A DNA stretch of 61,504 nt, taken from positions 1 through 61,504 of the forward strand of contig JADGIG010000009.1 in the NCBI GenBank assembly GCA_018985235.1. The letters run 5' to 3'. Both the position numbers and the translations under genes were made by a program. Shown here piece by piece: positions 56,779 through 61,504 of this stretch. This stretch comes from Sanchytrium tribonematis. Lineage: Eukaryota. The notes under the pieces are model-generated. The model saw only the letters and a list, made by a program, of their open reading frames with translations. It made no database searches and was not told where the DNA came from. The first letter of the stretch is position 1; each line of letters begins with the position of its first letter.

Positions 56779-57426
56779 ATGACACAAGGAGAAAGTAAAT
56801 TTGTAAAGTTTGTAGAAGTAGAAGGCAGCCAAATGGCACATTATGACATCAACGATTGTAAAAATAGGTTTTTCTTATCAAAAGCTGCTACACTTCGCGA
56901 ATTGGGAAACCAAACTAAAGCCAAACTGGAATTAAAAGGCAAATATACTTCAGATAGAAAGTTTGCTTCGATTGCCGAGCCTCCATTATATATTCAGATT
57001 TCTGGTCATATGGAAGATATTACGAAGGCGATTAAAAAAATCACTGTTGTGAAAGACAAGTCTGCCGGAGAAATGTTAAAGGAATTGGAGAAAGTAATAC
57101 CTATCGAAATGAGAGATGCCGTATTAGATTCATCTTTTAGTATAAGGCAAAGACTCGTTGGTACTCAGGGGACCTATTTTAAGTATATTCAAAACAAGAC
57201 TTTCTGCACTGTACAGCTTAAAGGTTCAAACGAAAAGGATTATTTAGGAATACATTTAATTGCACCATCTTTAGAAATGTTAAAAAAGGCAGAAGAATTG
57301 GTTTTAGATTTGATAAGTACTATTAAACGCGAATATGCGAGACATGTAAAAAGACGTGAAAATGCTTTGAGGTCAATGAAATCAATTGAACAAATGACAA
57401 GTCGATATTATATGCCACCTCAGTAA
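56779..57426 (+). CDS. KH-domain splicing factor KHDC4/BLOM7-like
   Basis: DIND..NRF.L...T......T.A....KGKY, EPPLYI.I, and a second KH (LVGTQGTYFKYIQ.KT.C.VQLKG). Confidence 0.8.
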   Translation: MTQGESKFVKFVEVEGSQMAHYDINDCKNRFFLSKAATLRELGNQTKAKLELKGKYTSDRKFASIAEPPLYIQISGHMEDITKAIKKITVVKDKSAGEMLKELEKVIPIEMRDAVLDSSFSIRQRLVGTQGTYFKYIQNKTFCTVQLKGSNEKDYLGIHLIAPSLEMLKKAEELVLDLISTIKREYARHVKRRENALRSMKSIEQMTSRYYMPPQ

Positions 57427-57859
57427 TCATTGGTTTTGTGATTAGAACATTCTATTAAAATTCATCTTTAGACTTGTTTGGCCATGAACCAAATGGAATT
57501 TCAAAAAGTTGAGCGAGAATGCAATTCCAAAGTTTTAAGAAGTCCAAAGCGTAAATTAATAGAAAATTCTGAGAGCGGCGTAAAAAGACAACGAAGTAAC
57601 TATATTGAACCTCTGTTATAAGTAAATTTAAAAAATTTATTTTCTAAACGAGCTTTAAAAAAAAGGGTGCTAAAAGGAGTCAGATTTTAACTTTGGATCG
57701 GAATCCTAAAAATAATTAATGACGCGTTAATCTTAAAAAGTGGTAAATAAAATACTATTTCTGTCATAATACGTCTCATGTGACTCAATATATATAAATC
57801 AAAAATTTTTTATAACCCCAGCCTGCAGCACGGACTCGAATTTTTTTTTGAATTTGAAA

Positions 57860-59381
57860 ATGTCCAATAATCAGTCTAATACCGGGACGCCTTCCAACTA
57901 CATCAATACGGTAAATTTAAAACCACCAAGTCTATTTACGCGAACCCAAAAACTAAAGCAACATAAACAAAAAGAAGATGGTTTTTATATTTTGGACATT
58001 GGTACTGTAGAAGAGCAACATTGTCAATTTATTGACTTAATGCCAAAAGTCAAACCTTTTTATGCTATGAAATGTTTTCCTGATAAACACGTTATTAGGA
58101 AATTATTTGACTTGGGCTGTGGTTTTGACTGCGCATCTATGGAAGAAATTAAAGCTGTTCTGGAGATTGCAAACGGCGAGCATGTAGATATAATCTTCGC
58201 AAATCCGTGTAAATTAATTTCCCATATTCAATTCGCCAAGGACCATGGTGTTGATGTCATGACATTCGACAATATCGATGAATTATACAAAATCAAGATG
58301 GTGCATCCTACTGCAAAACTAGTCCTTCGTATACGTACTGACGATTCAAAATCGAAATGTAAATTGGGCATTAAATATGGCGCCCAATTGTCCTCAACCG
58401 CCGAAATTTTATTAAAAGCAATCGAGTTGAAATTGTCTGTTATTGGTGTGTCTTTTCATGTTGGCTCCGGATGTTTTGATGCCACTGCATTTTCCGATGC
58501 AATCAAAGCTTCGCACCAAATTTTCTCAATTGCATCATCTTTTGGATTAAAATTTTCTTTGTTAGACATCGGAGGAGGGTTTCCCGGAAGCAGAAAAGAT
58601 GGTATATCTATTGAAAACGTTGCAAAGACTGTGAACCCGTTGCTGGATCAGCTCTTTCCTAACTGCAACATTATTGCTGAGCCAGGTAGATACTATGTCA
58701 GTGCTGCTTGTACCTTATTTACACCTATTATAGGCAGACGAGTAGTTCATTATGAAAACGATGAAGAGGGGGACGATGCTCAATCTACTTTAAAAAAAAG
58801 CAACTTAGAAATTGCGTCAAACGCAACAAATTATGAAAATGTCCAAAAAGGAGACGTAATTAACGCTTCCCAGGTTGTCAGAAACGACCAACCAGGATTT
58901 ATGTACTATATATCTGAAGGTACCTACGGAGCTTTTAATTGTGTATATTTTGACCACGCGGAAATCACACCTAAAGTATTAACTCAATATCATTCATTCG
59001 TGGATAATGTTTTAGATCGCTTGAAAGTACCATACGAGGCCATCAAATCCTTTAATATGTACTTTTTACTTATTTAGAATTCCAGAAAAATCATTTATAG
59101 AAAGTCTGGCACCGTCATTGAACACTTCTGCCAATTTTGCATGTTCCATTTGGGGCCCAACTTGCGATTCAATGGATTGCATCAACAAGCACTGCGAGCT
59201 TCCAGAATTGGTAATCGGAGACTGGATGTACTTTGAAGACATGGGCGCGTATACACACGCCGCTGCTAGTGAATTTAATGGATTCAAAAACAGCAAAATT
59301 ATTTACATCCAAAACGGACAAATTTACGGAAAAGCTTCACAATTAAGTAGTGATAAAATTGACTCTGCTTACCAAGAATAG
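57860..59381 (+). CDS. SPE1: Ornithine decarboxylase; exons 57860-59058 and 59078-59381
   Basis: PFYAMKC, GFDCAS, SFHVGSG, DIGGGF and AEPGRY; exon 2 has WGPTCDSMD and MGAYT. Confidence 0.95.
59059..59077 (+). other. 19-nt intron GTACTTTTTACTTATTTAG
   Basis: Joins the catalytic GPTCD exon in frame. Confidence 0.93.
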
Positions 59382-59410
59382 AGTAAAATAGATTATATAA
59401 ATTTATACCT

Positions 59411-59737
59411 TTACTTATACAACTTTTTCAATTGCGTTTCTAAATAATGCCCACTAATCCTGACAATGGGCAGCCTTTGAATTACTTGTGTAAATTTGAG
59501 AAGAAATAGAACCATAGTAGGTCGGTCTTCCAGGAAAGAAGCAATCAATGTGGAGAATTTTTTGTTTAGTAATATGGTACCTGCAAAAACCAGCTGTTCT
59601 GCTCTGCATATCAAATTGTTGATGGGGTGATACCACCTTTGATCTGAGCACGATTCCTGAAATTTGGATTTGCTATTCAGATACATTCTAGTGATGGTCG
59701 ATTCGGTTTTGTAACTCTTGAACGATCTTTCACTCAT
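59411..59737 (-). CDS. Small hypothetical protein
   Basis: 108-aa ATG ORF filling a gap. Confidence 0.5.
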   Translation of the reverse strand: MSERSFKSYKTESTITRMYLNSKSKFQESCSDQRWYHPINNLICRAEQLVFAGTILLNKKFSTLIASFLEDRPTMVLFLLKFTQVIQRLPIVRISGHYLETQLKKLYK

Positions 59738-59775
59738 ATAGCAAATAGGCTAAAAAATGTAATAAAAACTCCTTG

Positions 59776-61303
59776 ATGTACCAAATATTGAAGCGAAAAC
59801 TTCAAACTACCCATTATATTAATGGAGAATTTAAAGCCAATCCAAATAAAAGGTTCGATGTATTAAATCCGGCTACTCAAGAAATAGTAACTCAAGTTCC
59901 TCAAGCAACCCAATCAGAATTGAATGAAGCGCTACAAGGCGCTATTCAGGCTCAAAAAGATTGGAAAGTCACTTCTATTTTACACCGACAGCAGGTCATG
60001 TTTAAATTGCAGAGTCTGATTAAGGAAAATACTGATCGTATTGCAAAGTCAATAACCACTGAACAGGGTAAGACTTTTGGAGATGCTAAAGGCGACGTTT
60101 TTAGGGGCCTTCAAGTTGTAGAACAAGCTTGCAATGTATCTGCACTGTTGGGTCACCACATGCCAGTATCTAAAGACATGGATACGTACACTATCAAAGA
60201 ACCGTTGGGAGTAACAGGTGCGATATGCCCTTTCAATTTTCCTGCCATGATTCCCTTGTGGATGTTCCCGTATTCTCTTTTATGCGGCAATTCTATGATT
60301 CTAAAGCCTTCTGAAAAAACTCCAACTGCATCCATGATATTGGCAGAGCTTGGTGAAAAAGCTGGAATACCCCCTGGAGTCCTTCAAATCGTCCATGGTG
60401 GAGTAGATACAGTCAATTTTCTATGCGATGCAGAAGCTATCAAATCATTAAGCTTCGTGGGTTCAGATCAAGCGGGAACACACATATATCAAAGAGGAAG
60501 CAATAATGGCAAACGAGTCCAGGCTAATCTTGGAGCCAAGAATCATTGTGTGGTGATGCCAGATTGCAACAAAAATTCAACTTTGAACTCTCTCGTAGGT
60601 GCTGCTTTTGGCGCCTCACAACAAAGATGTATGGGGATCTCAGTTTCTATATTTGTAGGTGAATCTAAAGATTGGATTCCAGAACTTGTTCAGCGTGCTA
60701 AAGCCTTGGAAATCAATGAAGGTTTTCAACCAAACACTGACGTTGGGCCTGTCATTTCCAAAGAATCAAAGAAACGTATAGAAGATATCATCCAGTCTGC
60801 TAAAGACGAGGGAGCCACTCTGTTGTTGGACGGCAGAAATGCTAAAGTTGCAAATTTTCCAAAGGGAAATTTTTTGGGACCCACTGTTATAGTTGATGCC
60901 AAGTCTAACATGAGATGTTATAGGGAAGAAATCTTCGGACCAGTGTTAGTATGTATGTTTGCGGAAACTCTAGATCAAGCAATTGAAATTATTAATAGAA
61001 ACAAATATGGAAATGGCACAGCCATTTTTACAACTAATGGTGCAAATGCTCGACGCTTTCAGGATAAGACGGACGTGGGACAAATTGGAATTAATGTGCC
61101 TATACCTGTTCCTGTGCCAATGTTTTCATTTACTGGCAGCCGTGGATCATTTCTAGGAGACACGAACTTTTATGGTCGTTTTATTTAATTTAGGCCAGAA
61201 AGGCATTGATTTTTTTACTACCACAAAAACAATAACTTCCTTATGGAGAAGTGAAGATGTATCTTCAACCAAGTCTGATACTGTAATGCCAACAATAAAG
61301 TAA
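59776..61303 (+). CDS. ALDH6A1: Methylmalonate-semialdehyde dehydrogenase; exons 59776-61174 and 61194-61303
   Basis: [28 protein letters not shown] and GINVPIPVP; splicing restores [18 protein letters not shown]. Confidence 0.96.
61175..61193 (+). other. 19-nt intron GTCGTTTTATTTAATTTAG
   Basis: Restores the conserved C-terminus; the only intron here with a GTC rather than GTA start. Confidence 0.93.
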
Positions 61304-61337
61304 ATTGGTTAATCACCCTTTGTGACATAATTTATTG

Positions 61338-61504
61338 ATGCGATTGTTGAAACCTGACATATCTCATGTTATGGATACTATATTTCAGCAGGGCAATAGA
61401 ATGCCTATATCATCTATCGATCTTTTTGAGAACTTTGTTGCCACCGCCTCTGAAGATACTTTCATTAAAATTTGGGATTTAGAAAATCTTGTATCAAATC
61501 AGAT
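61338..61504 (+). CDS. Partial WD40 protein, Hir1/HIRA-like N-terminus (runs off the window)
   Basis: MRLLKPDISH...PISSID...VATASEDTFIKIWD. Confidence 0.55.
   Translation, partial: MRLLKPDISHVMDTIFQQGNRMPISSIDLFENFVATASEDTFIKIWDLENLVSNQ

Noticed and set aside
57484..57690. Short ORF with an internal TAA, suggesting stop-codon reassignment
   Set aside because: TAA, TAG and TGA all end genes in this window and no conserved gene has an internal stop outside an intron; the standard code fits.
57781..57798. TGACTCA plus TATA-like sequence upstream of ODC
   Set aside because: A plausible Gcn4/AP-1 site, but a single 7-mer in AT-rich DNA is not distinguishable from chance.

Overview
An AT-rich, extremely gene-dense stretch of a eukaryotic nuclear genome with about 55 protein-coding genes, usually separated by less than 100 nt. 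It is most likely from an early-diverging zoosporic fungus, because it carries fungal-type homocitrate synthase, a PAS-GATA factor and a divergent axonemal dynein intermediate chain DNAI1; a sanchytrid-like lineage is an unverified guess. The genes are mostly housekeeping: endocytosis, CCR4-NOT, the TIM23 translocase, DNA repair, mitochondrial metabolism and RNA processing. The most unusual signal is the gene-expression architecture. Fourteen ORFs that look truncated are repaired by removing a single ultrashort 19-20 nt GT-AG intron. All 14 introns end in TNAYNTAG, with an invariant A six nt from the 3' end. There is never more than one detected intron per gene, and it always lies in the 3' half of the CDS, usually the last 25%, which is opposite to the 5' bias typical of intron-poor genomes. 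The window also shows stop codons fused to AATAAA/TAAAT signals, convergent genes often 1-15 nt apart or overlapping, divergent starts as little as 9 nt apart, an ATGA stop-start overlap, and a CTCCTTG/CCC/GGG motif next to start codons. No rRNA, tRNA, CRISPR array or mobile element was recognised.
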